A stretch of DNA of 64,000 nucleotides from contig NC_086108.1 of assembly GCF_963921235.1 (NCBI RefSeq), positions 42,720,001 through 42,784,000 on the forward strand, in the 5' to 3' direction. The stretch comes from Mobula hypostoma (lineage: Eukaryota). Shown here piece by piece: positions 51,153 through 63,477 of this stretch. The position numbers and the translations under genes are program-made. Positions within the stretch are counted from its first letter, which is position 1. Each line of letters starts with the position of its first letter. Below the pieces are notes generated by a model. It was not told the origin of the DNA. It was given only the letters and a program-made list of their open reading frames with translations, and ran no database searches.

Positions 51153-51821
51153 ACTTCCTAATCGGGTGGGTCAGCCACCTCCTTTTCTCACCCCCACTTC
51201 AGGGTCCTGACCTTCGCGTGGGGGATTTCTCCTCTTAACAACCGGTCTAAGGCAGGGTGCTGAGACAGGCGAATTGTCACAGGTATACCCCAAAACGTGT
51301 TTACAGCATCCGGATAGATTGCAGGGGAGAGCCACTTCCCCTGTGTTTGGCCAAACGTCTGCTCTGCCCTGTGCCGGTCAATTTACCGCGCTACACGCCC
51401 CGCACCCCACGCCAATGGAATGGTCACCAGCTCCAAATGTAATAGGTTACTGTCACTAACCCGCTGACCAATTTGCTGATACTCACTCGAAGAAAAGTGT
51501 AATAGACCACTACCAGTGATCCGCTGCCCAATTTGTTTAGCACCGGCAGGCTCTGAGATCTCAATACCTTGTCGGGGACTCTAACCCCTTTCCTTGTCGA
51601 GGACTCTAACCCCTTTCCTAAACTGTGGTACTCGGCTGATCCTTAACCTAGGTTTCGAAGGGGGTCGGTCAGAGGACTACCCGCCAGACGAGGGGATCGT
51701 CAAGATGGACAATTCGTGAGAGAGGTTCAAGGTGACTCTTACCTTGTGGGCCCACCTGTCTCAGGTTACTGCCACCGATTCGACCGCTTACACCGTCTAA
51801 CGAAAATACCTCGTTTTGGAC

Positions 51822-51841
51822 CTCCGGGCTGTGGCTCGCCA
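51822..51841 (-). promoter_or_regulatory. Primer-binding site, tRNA-Arg(ACG)-like
   Basis: TGGCGAGCCAcaGCCCGGAG 3 nt after the LTR; matches the complement of the vertebrate tRNA-Arg(ACG) 3' end (TGGCGAGCCAGCCAGGAG) with a 2-nt insertion and one mismatch. Confidence 0.75.
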
Positions 51842-51844
51842 AAT

Positions 51845-52451
51845 TGCCGTACTCGATCGGGCCCGATGCAATAGCAATTGTACCACAAATACACTGACAC
51901 ACGTAATTCTTTTCAAAACTTTATTCTCTACTCATAACATGCTATGGGGGAAGTCACAGACTGATCTCCCAAAGGAGCCAGTCCGGAGACTGCCCCCGAA
52001 TTACACAGTTCTCCGCAATTTATAACACTGATCAGGTAGCAGGAAATCTTACGATTACAAGTTTAGACAATATTAGAATCATTTCAATCACATGCTAAGA
52101 TACAATTAGATGTAAGATAATCATTGGACAGTTAGTTATAATTATTTTAAGCCAAAGTTAGCCCATCAGTTCCTCATTCGGACCCTTCCCCTTTTCTCGA
52201 ACATTCCAGCCCCTACGCTACTCTTCCCATATTTAGCTTTACCTTGAGCTGCTTCTGCAAGATCAGATAGTTCCGTATTTGAGCCTTTGCCTATCTTTAG
52301 ACAACAGTGACTAGTACGTCACCGGCTGCTGGATAAAGCTTCTTTCTAACTTGTCCAAAGCAGTTAGCTACGGCGCTTACAAGGTGATTGATCATCAATT
52401 AATCATTGTCCTCTGTTTCTCCCCCTATTTACCTATCCCTTCATTCTATTA
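51845..52451 (-). repeat. ERV 5' LTR
   Basis: Direct repeat of 45721-46323; minus strand reads TA(mutated TG)...CA; TATAAA at 52019-52024, AATAAA at 51920-51925; followed by the PBS. Confidence 0.93.
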
Positions 52452-53199
52452 ATTGTACCCTCTCTAAGTGATAAGCTGATTGGAGAACAATTGTCACTGC
52501 CTAGTCTGACTTATTTAACCTGTCAGATTTATCTTAAAAACTTAATTTATTAAACAGTTACAAAGAAAAAACTGTGATTGTATGTTGTGCAAGAAGCTAT
52601 TACGGCCTTCCTTGGAAAATTCAATATTAGACGTCAGGAGTTTATGCAATTTCCTTCACTGGCTACTCTTAAAATAGAATTGCAAGATGATGATCTGATT
52701 GTATAACAATAAGTACTTTATTGATCCTGAGTTGGAAGTTATTTCATTTGAAACAACTCCATACTGATATGGAATTTGGGGTCAGATACGTGCTGGAAAT
52801 ACATATTCCAGATTGGGTGGTGGATCCATTTGGGGTGAATATGAACAATGTTGACACCACATTGCAGGAAAGTCTTATTAAGCTGCAGAATGATATAACA
52901 GCTCAAGCAAAATTTCTGGATAACTTGTGATATTAAAAAAAAGTTTCCACAGCTTTGGGAGGAAGCAAAGTTGTTATAATTGGATTTCCCACCACTTACC
53001 TAGTTGAATGCGTCTTTAGTCAAACGCTACATTCTATCAAAAGCTCGTAACTGTCTTGACGTCGTAAAAAGAGGTCATCTTCGATTATCATTGACCAAAT
53101 TGTAACCAGATAATGAAAACTTACTAGTTTGCTACGGTGAAAAGCATCTAATACCCAATATTAAGTGCTTTTTCGTTGTTGGTTGGAAGAATATTAAAT

Positions 53200-53328
53200 G
53201 ACTAATTTGCTAGCTTGATACTCAACCCAGCACAGATGGAAAGCGTGCAAGGAAGGAGCCAGCCAGATTCGAACCCGGGACCACTAATCTCAAAGTCCAG
53301 TGTGGGTGCCACTACACCTCCAACCAGC
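53200..53328 (-). mobile_element. Short tRNA-derived SINE within hAT copy 2
   Basis: Minus strand GGTGTAGTGG (A-box-like) and GGTTCGAATC (B box). Confidence 0.6.
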
Positions 53329-53660
53329 TATATAAATTATAAATAAACTATCCCATTCAAAGCTTTGAAAGGTTTTATTTTTCATATATACCTGTAAAAT
53401 TATATTTAACATATAATAGTATATATAACATTAAAACAAATTGACTATATATCAGAATAATTAGTACAGTTGACAAAAAAAACTTTAGCAGCTGATGGAA
53501 ACTGTGGAAGGTAGGGTCCACAGAGGTAAATGAAAGTCACAAGTGGGCCACAAGCAGAAGGTTGAGAGACACTGCAGTACAGGACTCTGCTGAATCCAGA
53601 AACATCCTTTGATCCTTCAAGTAGCCAAAGTTTACCTTGCTGTTACTAATTGTGTCCTCT

Positions 53661-53663
<3 letters not shown>

Positions 53664-53691
<28 letters not shown>
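53664..53691. repeat. (CT)n microsatellite
   Basis: Read directly from the sequence. Confidence 0.9.
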
Positions 53692-53694
<3 letters not shown>

Positions 53695-54365
53695 CACCCC
53701 CCCCCCACCCTTCCCTCCCCTTCCACCGCATCATTAGGTAACTCATTTGCCATTGTGGTATATACAGGTATGCAGTGATTCCCACAACAGATGCCCCTGT
53801 AATCTATTCCAGTCAAGTCAACTGTTGTTAGCATAACAATCATAGAGTCACGTAACCCAGAAATTGACTATTTGGCCCACTGAATTATACCAGCCATCAA
53901 TCACCCATTTATACCTCCCATTTAATTCACACCCCCCCCATTTCCACCAACTCTCCCTCCCCAGATTCTCCCACTCCTTGGAGGCAGTTTACTGTGGCAC
54001 AAAGTCCACATGTCTTTTGGAGAGTAAAGACAAAATTGACTTTATTAAGCAGTAAACTGAACGGATAAGGAAGATTTCACAATTTATTTGTATGTCGTCA
54101 TGCAGTGAAATGTCTGCCCATTAAAGGAGGCTAATATTAGTTCTGCTAATTGAATCCAACCATCATTTGCTGAGAGTCAGTTCTGGGAGAAGATGGGTGG
54201 AGGCAGTTGTAGTGTTAATGCTGACATGAATAGGGCTGGCCACATGGCCTTCCCTCTCAATGTTTTATTCAACATCTAATCTACATCGAGCTGTAACTTT
54301 AAACAATCTTCCTCATTATCTGTACATCACCAACTTTTGTGTCATCTGCAAACTTAGTAATTATA

Positions 54366-55971
54366 CAGTGGTATGCAAAAGTTTGGGCACCCCGGTCAAA
54401 ATTTCTGTTACTGTGAATAACTAAGTGAGTAAAAGATGAACTGATTTCCAAAAGGCATAAAGTTAAAGATGACACATTTCTTTAATATTTTAAGCAAGAA
54501 AACTTTTTTATTTCCATCCTTTACAGCTCCAAAATAACAGAAAAGGAAAAGGGTCCAAAGCAAAAGTTTGGGCACCCTGCATGGCAGTATTTAGTAACAC
54601 CCCGTTTTTGTAGCCAGCTAAGAGTCTTTCAATTCTTGTTTGGGGGATTTTCGCCCATTCTTCCTTGCAAAAAGCTTCTAGTTCTGTGAGATTCTTGGGC
54701 CGTCTTGCAAAAGCCCTCTTTTGAGGTCTATCTACAGATTCTCAATGATGTTTAGGTCAGGACTGTGAGGGCCATGGCAAAACCTTCAGCTTGCGCCTCT
54801 TGAGGTAGTCGATCATGGATTTTGAGGTGTGCTTAGGGTCATTATCCTGTTGTTGAAGCCATCCTCTTTTCATCTTCGGCTTTTTTACAGATGGTGTGAT
54901 GTTTGCTTCCAGAATTTGCTGGTACTTAATTGAATTCATTCTTCCCTCTACCAGTGCAATGTTCCCCGTGCCACTAGCTGCAACACAAGCCCAAAGCATG
55001 ATCGATCCACCCCCGTGCTTAACAGTTGGAGAGGAGTTCTTTTCATGAAATTCCGCACCCTTTTTTCTCCAGACATATCTTTCCTCATTGTGACCAAAAA
55101 GTTCTATTCAAAAAGTTCAAAGAAACATCTAAACAAGCCTGATGCACTTTGGAAACAAGTCCTGTGCACTGATGAAGTTAAAATAGAACTTTTTGGCCGC
55201 AATGAGCAAAGGTATGTTTGAAGAAAAAAGGGTGCAGAATTTCATGAAAAGAACTGCTCTCCAACTGCTAAGCACAGGAGTGGATCGATCATGCTTGGGC
55301 TTGTGTTGCAGCCAGTGGCACAGGGAACATTTACTGGTAGAGGGAAGAATGAATTCAATTAAATACCAGCAAATACCAGTAACAGCAAATTTTGGAAGCA
55401 AACATCACACCATCTGTAAAAAAGCCAAAGATGAAAAGAGGATGGCTTCAACAACAGGAAAATGACCCTAAGCATACCTCAAAATCCACGATGGACTACC
55501 TCAAGAGGCGCAAGCTGAAGGTTTTGCCATGGCCCTCACAGTCCCCCAACCTAAACATCATTGAGAATCTGTGGATAGACCTCAAAAGAGCAGTGCATGC
55601 AAGACGGGCCAAGAATCTCACAGAACTGGAAGCCTTTTGTAAGGAAGAATGGGAGAAAATCCCCCAAACAAGAATTGAAAGACTCTTAGCTGGCTACAGA
55701 AAGCGTTTACAAGCTGTGATACTTGCCAAAGGGGGTGTTACTAAGTACTGACCATGCAGGGTGCCCAAACTTTGGCTTTAGATCCTTTTCCTTTTTTGTT
55801 ATTTTGAAACTGCAAAAGATGGAAATAAAAAATTAATCTTTCTTAAAATATTAAAGAAATGTGTTATCCCTAACTTTATGCCTTTTGGAAATCAGTTCAT
55901 CTTTTACTCACTTAGTTATTCACAGTAACAGAAATTTTGACCAGGGGTGCCCAAACTTTTGCATGCCACTG
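54366..55971. mobile_element. Tc1-family fold-back derivative made of two inverted 3' halves
   Basis: TA TSDs, TIRs cagtggtatgcaaaagtttgggcaccc with internal direct repeats; the same transposase catalytic segment (QQDNDPKH...WPSQS) on both strands. Confidence 0.92.
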
Positions 55972-58900
55972 TACCTCCTATTTTCACACCTGGGTTGTTA
56001 ATATCACACACAAAGGTCCCAGCTCTAATCTCTGGAGTATACTACAGGTCATATATTTCTAATCTAAAAGCAGCTTTCTACCACTCTGCCTCCCATCACA
56101 CCGCCAATTTTGGATCCATCTAGCCAGCTCACCCTGGACATCGTGTGACGTAACCTTCTGGACCAGCCTACCATGCAGCTTACTATTTTGGACTTTGTCA
56201 ATTGCCTTATTAAAGTCCACATTGGCAATATCTATTGCCTTGACTTCTTCAGTTTTTCAAGTTACCTCCTCAAAAGACTCAGTCAAGTTAAGGAGACGAG
56301 CTATGCTGACCATTTGAATGTACATCTACCTTTGTCCTTTATTTTTATTGGATCATGCTGGCCCTGAACTCTTACTAACTCTCTTTTAAAAGTCCTTGCT
56401 TGATGGATGTTGTTTCCCAGCAACTATCTGCTTCCAATTCACTTTCACCAGAACTTTACTTATGCTATCCAAATCAGCATTCTCCACATTCAAGGCTTTA
56501 ACTTGAGGACCAACACATTCCCTTTCCATAACTACTTTGAAACTTACAGACTTCTGTAACATTGTTCTCAAAGCCTTCCTCCAATGGCACCTCCACCACC
56601 TGCCCAGTTTAATTTCCTATGATAAAGTTGAGCATTGCCCTTAGTCTCTAATGGGAACCTTTATATATTGTCTCATTGTCTCTTGGATGCATCTCATGAA
56701 TTCTGTCCCATCCACGTCTCTTACACCAAGGCAATCCTGATCCCAGCCAATAATGGGAAAGGAAAACCCCTCATTACCATAACCCTATTACTCTCACACT
56801 TTTCTGCGATATACTTACATATCTGTTCCTCTCTTTTCCACTGACAATTGGAGGCATGCAGAATAACTCCAGAAAAGTAATCGCCCATCTTATTTCTAAA
56901 TTTTTATCCATATGACCACACCGGATAATCCCTCCAGGATATCTTCTTTACGTACCGCTGTGATGTTCTCCCTCATTGGGCGATTCCCCTCCTCTTTCGC
57001 ATTCCCCTCTGTCACATTTGAAACTTCTACACACCAAAACATTAAAGCCCCAGCACAGCCCTTCGCTCAAGCACACTTCTATCATTATAGTAACATCGTA
57101 ATTTTGCAGATTCATCCTCTAGCCTGACTTGGCTCGCCCATGAGGCTTCTTGCATTAAAATAAATGCAGGTCCTCCAGGGTAGTAATCTCTGGATTGCTG
57201 CCTGTGCCACATGCCAGTGTCGGTAAAAATAGGATGATTTGGTAATGAATGTGGGGCTAAGGAATTGGTGCAGGGAGGCAGAGTTTCAAATTTCTGAACC
57301 ATTGGGATCTCTTCTGAGGAAGGTATGACCTGTACAAAAACAGACAGGCTACACCCGAAACCAGAGGAGCACCAATAAATATCCTTGCAGGCAAGTGTGT
57401 TAGAGCTGTAGAGGAGGGTTTAAACTAATTTAGCAGAAGGTTGGGGCAGATGGTGTACAAGTAGATGCATTGTGTAGTGAGACTCTTGAGGAAGAACAGG
57501 CAGATGATAGGGCAAAATTTCTGTAAGTGGGATGAGTTAAAGTCTAAAAGGAGGCCAAAGTTGAAAAGGGTGATGAATACAGGACTAAAGCTGTTTTTAA
57601 AAAAAAATACGCAGTATACAGAATAAGGTAGATGGTCTTGTAGCACAGTTAAGAGATTGGCAGGTATGACATTGTGGGCATCACTGAGTCATGGCTGTAA
57701 GAAGATCATAGCTTAACATCCAAGGGCACACATTGCATTGAGAGGACAGGCAGGAAGGCACAGGGGGATGGGGTGACTCTGTTGTTGCAAAATGAAATCA
57801 AATCCTGAGAAAGAGATGACATATAAGATTGGAAGATGTAGAATCCTTGAGAGTAGAGTTAAGAAACTGCAAGTTTATGAAGACCATGATGGGAGTTATG
57901 TACAGGCCTGCGAACAGCAGTCAGGATGTGGGCTACAAATGTCAATGGGAGATAGAAAAGGCTTGTAAAAAGGGTGATGTGCAAGAGTCATGGGAGATTT
58001 CTATATGCAAGTGGATTGGGAAAATCAGATTGGTGCTGGATTCCAAGAGAGGCAATTTGTATAAAGCTTACGAGATGGTTTTTGGAACAGCTTGTGGTTC
58101 AGCCCACACGAAACGGCAATTCTGGATTGAGTGTTGCGCAACTAACCAGATTTGATTCAGGAACTTAAGGTAAAGGAACCCTTAGGAAGCAGTGATCTAA
58201 TATGATAGAGTTCACCCTGCAGTTTGAGAGTGTGAAGATGAAACCAAATCAATCTGTCTTACAATGGAATACAAGGGAGTTACAGAGGTATGAGAGAATC
58301 GCAGGCCGAGGTTGATCAGAAAACGCAGGATAGATACATTCCAGAGATGAAAAGTATGCTAATGCGAGGATGAGGCAACCATGGCTGACAATGGAAGTCA
58401 AAAACAGCATAAATAGAGGGCATATAATAGAGCAAAACTTAGTGGGAAGTTAGAGGATTGGGAAGCTTTTAAAAACCAACAGAACAAAACTAAAAAAAGC
58501 CAAAAGGAGAGAAAAGATGATATTTAAAGATAAGGTAGCCAAAAAATTAAAAGAGGGTATCAAAAGATTTTTCAAATATATAAAGAACAAAAGAAAGGCA
58601 AGAGTGGATATCGTACCGTTAGAAAATGACACTGGAAAAGTAGTAATGAGGTGCAAAGAAATGATTGATAAACCTAATAAGTATTTTGCCTCAGTCTTCA
58701 CAGTAGAAGACACTAGCAGTATGCCAGAAATTCGAGAGTGTTGAGGGGGGCACAGAAGTAACTGTCGTTGTTATTATTAAGGAGATAGTGCTTGGGAATC
58801 TGGTAGGTAAATCACCTGGATCAATTGCACTACATCTCAGGGTTCCGAAAGAGGTAGCAGATGAAATTGTGACGGCATTAGTAATGATCTTTCAAGAATC

Positions 58901-59530
58901 ACTAGATTCTGGAATGCTTCTAGAGGACTGGAAAATTGCAAATGTCACCCAACTCTTTAAGAAGAGAGGGAGGCGGTTGAAAGGAAGTTATAAGCCAGTT
59001 AACCTGACTTCAGTGGTTGGGAAGATATTGGAATTCATTATTAAGGATGATGTTTTGGGGTACTCGGAGGTGCATGATAAAATAGGCCAAAGTCAGCATA
59101 GTTTGATTAAGGGGAAATCTTGCCTGACAAAACTGTTGAAATTCTTTGTGGAAGTAAGAGGCAGGATAGATAAAGGAGAGTCAGTGCATGTTGTTTACTT
59201 GGATTTTCAGAAGACCTTTAACAAGGACCCATGGTATTATGGAAAAGATATGAGAATGGATAGAAGATTGGCTGACTGGCGGGAGGCAAAGAGTGGGAAT
59301 AAAGGGAGCCTTTTCTGGTTGACTGCCTATGACTAGTGGTGTTCCACAGAGGTCAATATTGGAACAGCTTCTTTACATAATTTATGTTAATGATGTGAAT
59401 GATGGAATTGATGGCTTTGTGGCCAAGTATTGAAGATAGGTAGAAGAGCAGGAGGTGTTGATGAAGCAGAAAGTCTGCAGAAGGTCTTAGGTTGAAGAAT
59501 TAGGATTGGAAACAGGGAAGTGTAAGGTCA

Positions 59531-61279
59531 ATAGCATGACTGGCAGAAATGCTTCACCACCAGATCAACTCAATGTCTTCTATACCCACTCTGAAAGGGA
59601 GAGGACAACTACAATTGTGCAGATCCCTGCTGCACCTGATGACCCTGTGATCTCTGTCTCAGAGGCCAATGTTAGACTGTCTTTAAAGAAAGTGAACCCT
59701 CGGAAGGTGGAAGGTCCCGAAGGAGTACCTGGTAAGGCTCTGAAAACCTGTGCCAACCAACTAGCGGGAGTATTCAAGGACATTTTCAACCTACCACTGC
59801 TACAGGCGGAAGTTCCTACTTGCTTCAAAAAGGCAACAATTATATCAGTGCCTAAGAAGAATAATGCAGGCTACCTTAATGACTATTGCCCGGTAGCGCT
59901 CACATCGACAGTGATGAAATGCTTTGAGAGGTTGGTTATGACTAAACTGAACTCCTTCCTTGGAAAGGACCTGGACCCATTGCAATTTGCTGATCACCAT
60001 AATAGGTCAACAGCAGACGCAATCTCAATGGCACTTCACATGGCTTTAGACCACCTAGACAACATAAACACCTATGTCGGGATGCTGTTCATCGACTATA
60101 GCTCAGCACTTAATACCATCATTCCCATAATCCTGATTGAGAAGTTGCAGAACCTGGGCCTCTGTACCTCCCTCTGCAACTGGATCCTCGATTTCCTAAC
60201 CGGAAGACCACAATCTGTGCGGATTGGTGATAACATATCCTCCGCGCTGACGATCAACACTGGTGCACCTCAGGGGTGTGTGCTTAGCCCACTGCTCTAC
60301 TCTCTGTACACACATGACTGTCTGACTAGGTATAGCTCGAGTACCACCTATAAATTTGATGATGATACATCCATTGTTGGTAGAATCTCAGGTGGTGATG
60401 AGAGGGTGTACAGGAGTGAGATATGCCAACTAGTGAACTGGTGCCTCAGCATCAACCTAACACTCAACGTCAGTAAGACGAAAGAGATAATTGTGGACTT
60501 CAGGAAGGGTAATTCAAAGGAAAACATACCGATCCTCATAGAGGGATCAGAAGTGGAGAGAGTGAGCAGTTTCAAGTTCCTGGGTATCAAGATCTCTGAG
60601 GATCTAACCTGGTCTCAACATATTGATGTAGTTATAAAGAAGGCAAGACAGAGGCTATACGTCATTAGGAGTTTGGAGAGATTTGGCATGTCAACAAATA
60701 CACTCAAAAATTTATATAGATGTACTCTGGAGAGCATTTTGACAGGCTGCATCACTGTCTGGTATGTGGGGGTGGGTTGCTATTACACAGGACCGAATGA
60801 AGCTGCAGAGGGTTGTAAATCTAGTCAGCTCCATCTTGGGTACTAGCCTACAAAGTACCCAGGACATCTTCAGGGAGCGGTGTCTCAGAAAGGCAGTGTC
60901 CATTATTAATGATCTCCAGCACCCAGGGCATGACCTTTTCTCACTGTTACCATCAGGTAGGAGGTACAGAACCTGAAGGCACACATTCAGCGATTCAGGA
61001 ACAGCTTCTTCCCCTCTGCCATTTGATTGCTAAATGGACATTGAATCCTTGGACACTACCTCACTTTTTTAATATACAGTATTTCTGTTTTATGCACTTT
61101 TTAAAAATCTATTCAATATATGCATACTGTAATTGATTTGCTTGTTTATTTATATTATTATTTTTATTTTATTTACTATTATTATTTTTTCTCTTCTAGA
61201 TTATGTATTGCATTGAACTGCTGCTGCTAAGTTAACAAATTTCAAGTCACACGCCAGTGATAATAAACCTGATTCTGAT
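59531..61279 (+). mobile_element. Rex1/Babar-type LINE, 5'-truncated, RT domain open but FADD changed to FDDD; inserted in CR1
   Basis: 446-aa ORF with LFIDYSSA and QGCVLSPLLYSLYTHDC; (GATTCT) tail; CR1 sequence resumes at about 61280. Confidence 0.9.
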
Positions 61280-61443
61280 TCATGCCCTTTTGTAGAAGAA
61301 ATAAAGGCATAGACTATTTTCTAAATGGGGACAAAATTCAAAATCAGAGTTGCAAAATGATTTGGGAGTCCTTGTGCAGGATTCCCTAAAAGTTAACTTG
61401 CAGGTTGAGTTGGCGATAAGGAAAACAAATGCAATGTTAGCAC

Positions 61444-62335
61444 TGTGACAAGAATACACATAGATTAAGATGTTAGCTGTCCTGTGCTGGCACCAGTGGG
61501 ATCAGCAGTTTGTCTGCCACCTGTCTTCAGGAGAGAGAGAGATAAGGAAAACAACGGAGCAGCATTTGGAGATGTTAATGAAGGGATGGGAGAGAGTAAC
61601 GGAAGAAGAGCTGTCAAGATCGGCTCCCCCTTTGAACCCTGAACTGTTTGAAGTGATGGACAGGCGATACCCCAGCAGGGGGATAAAAAGGGACAGGTTC
61701 GCTAAGGCAGGACACACACGACACCCCGAGGTAACGAGACCCTGGAAGTGGTGCGTCTCTCACAAGTCGGTGGGAAGTTTTGGACGGCTGGTCGCGGGAC
61801 AAGCCATAGACGCACAGGTTGGAAAGGCATGATCGGCGGGAACCTGGTGTGTGTCCACCCTTGCCTGGGTGCCAGGTTCACCGCAGAGAAACGATCATAT
61901 TTGGAAACGGAGGGGTCACGGTCGGTTACCTCAGATGATATCACAAAGGACTCGCCCGAAAGCTGACTGCGAAGGTCTGTCTGGAAGCCGTTTGAATATT
62001 CATTCGTTTTGCTCTCTCTCTCCTTCCCCCCACACTGTCCATCTCCCACGGCAGCGATTACTGCGAACTGAACTGAACTAAATTGAACTGAACTTTGCGT
62101 CACTTTGAAACTGGTCATTTACCCCTAGACAACGATAGAGCTTGATTGATCCTGTTATCTTAATTCTGTGTACATGTGTGTTTATCATTGCTGAACTGTT
62201 GCATTTATTATCCTTTTGATTAGAGTACTGTGTTGCTTGTTTCTTTAATAAAACTTTCTTAGTTCTAGTAATCCAGACTCCAACTGAGTGATCCATTTCT
62301 GCTGGTTTGGCAACCCAGTTACGGGGTACGTAACA
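61444..62335 (+). mobile_element. Solo LTR (Gypsy-like), 892 bp
   Basis: TGT...ACA termini, 4-bp TSD GCAC, (GAACT)n block, AATAAA at 62247-62252; CR1 sequence continues across it. Confidence 0.88.
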
Positions 62336-63009
62336 GCACTTATTTCAAGAGGACTAGAATATAAGAGCAAGGATGTACTGTTGAGGCTTTATAAGCCATT
62401 GGTCAGACTGCACTTGGAGAATTGTGAGCAGTTTTGGGCTCCTTATCTAAGAAATGATGTGCTGACATTGGAGAGGGTTCAGAGGAGGTTCACAAGAATT
62501 ATTCTGGGAATAAAAGAGTTAACATATAAGGAGCGTTTGATAGTTCCTGAGCCTGTACTCGCTGGAGTTCAGAAGAATGAGGGGAGATCTCATTGAAATT
62601 TATCGAATATTGAAAGGCCGAGATAGAATGAGTGTGGAAAGGTGTTTCCTATAGTGGAGAGTACAGGACCAGAGGGCATATCCACAGAATAGAGAGACGT
62701 CCATTTAGGACTGAGATAAGAAGGAATTTCTTTAGACAGAGAATAGTAAATCTGTGGAATTCATTGCCATGGATGGCGGTCATTGAGTATATTTAAAGCA
62801 ATGGTTGATAGGTTCCTGATTAGTCAGGGCATCAAAAGTTACAGGGAGAAGACAGGAGAATGGGATTGAGAGGGATAATAAATCAGCCATGATAGAATGG
62901 CAGAGCAGACTTGATGGGCCGAATGGCTTAATTCTGCTCATATATCTTATGGTCTTATCTTGCTGTGTGCAAATTACTTGCCATATTCCCTGCATAACAT
63001 CAGTGAATT

Positions 63010-63312
63010 CATCATCACATCATAGGCATCTGTTAGTCTCATGAGACCATGGATTTGCGCCTTGGAAGGTTTCCAGGGCACAGGCCTGGGCAAGGTTATA
63101 TGGAAGACCAGCAGTTGCCTATGCTGCAAGTCTCTCCTCTCCATGCCACCGATGTTGTCCAAGAGAAGGGCATTAGGACCCATACAGCTTGACACCGGTG
63201 TCGTCACAGAGCAATGTGTGGTTAAGTGCCTTGCTCAAGGACACACACGCTGCCTCAGCCAAGGCTCGAACTAGCGATCTTCAAATCACAAGACCACTTG
63301 GCCACGTGCCAA
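63010..63312 (-). mobile_element. tRNA-derived SINE, same family
   Basis: Homologous to 23521-23826; (ATG)n-type tail; flanked by CAGTGAA repeats. Confidence 0.8.
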
Positions 63313-63477
63313 CACAGTGAAATATAATCCTGCAAAAGGAGTGGATTAAAATCTGGGACAGCTGTATCGTTGAAAAATTTTCTTTTACATTTTCTTTGTG
63401 ATTCATTTTAGTGTTTCCTACGTGAAAACTAAAATGTTAAAATACCTTAACAGTTAATGTACCTTTTTTATTTACAG

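Larger units (their letters stand above)
45721..52451 (-). mobile_element. Endogenous retrovirus (class I/epsilon-like), defective recombinant provirus
   Basis: Paired ~0.6-kb LTRs, PBS, PPT, gag MA, RT remnant, RNase H, integrase and env in retroviral order on the minus strand; flanks ATTT/ATTG (imperfect 4-bp TSD); splits a hAT transposase fossil. Confidence 0.95.
45173..53574 (+). mobile_element. hAT (Charlie/Buster-type) DNA transposon, copy 2, host of the ERV
   Basis: Termini cactagctttcaac...gttgagagacactg homologous to copy 1; TSD CAGTATAG/CAGTACAG; transposase remnants (EDFEQLLMCTEV, IPDWVVDPF) continue across the provirus. Confidence 0.88.
57170..62960 (+). mobile_element. CR1 LINE (end of ORF1 to 3' tail), split by a Rex1-type LINE and a solo LTR
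   Basis: ORF1 end GGTTTAAACTAA, APE and RT remnants, LYKPLVRLHLENCEQFW, (tcttatgg) tail. Confidence 0.88.
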
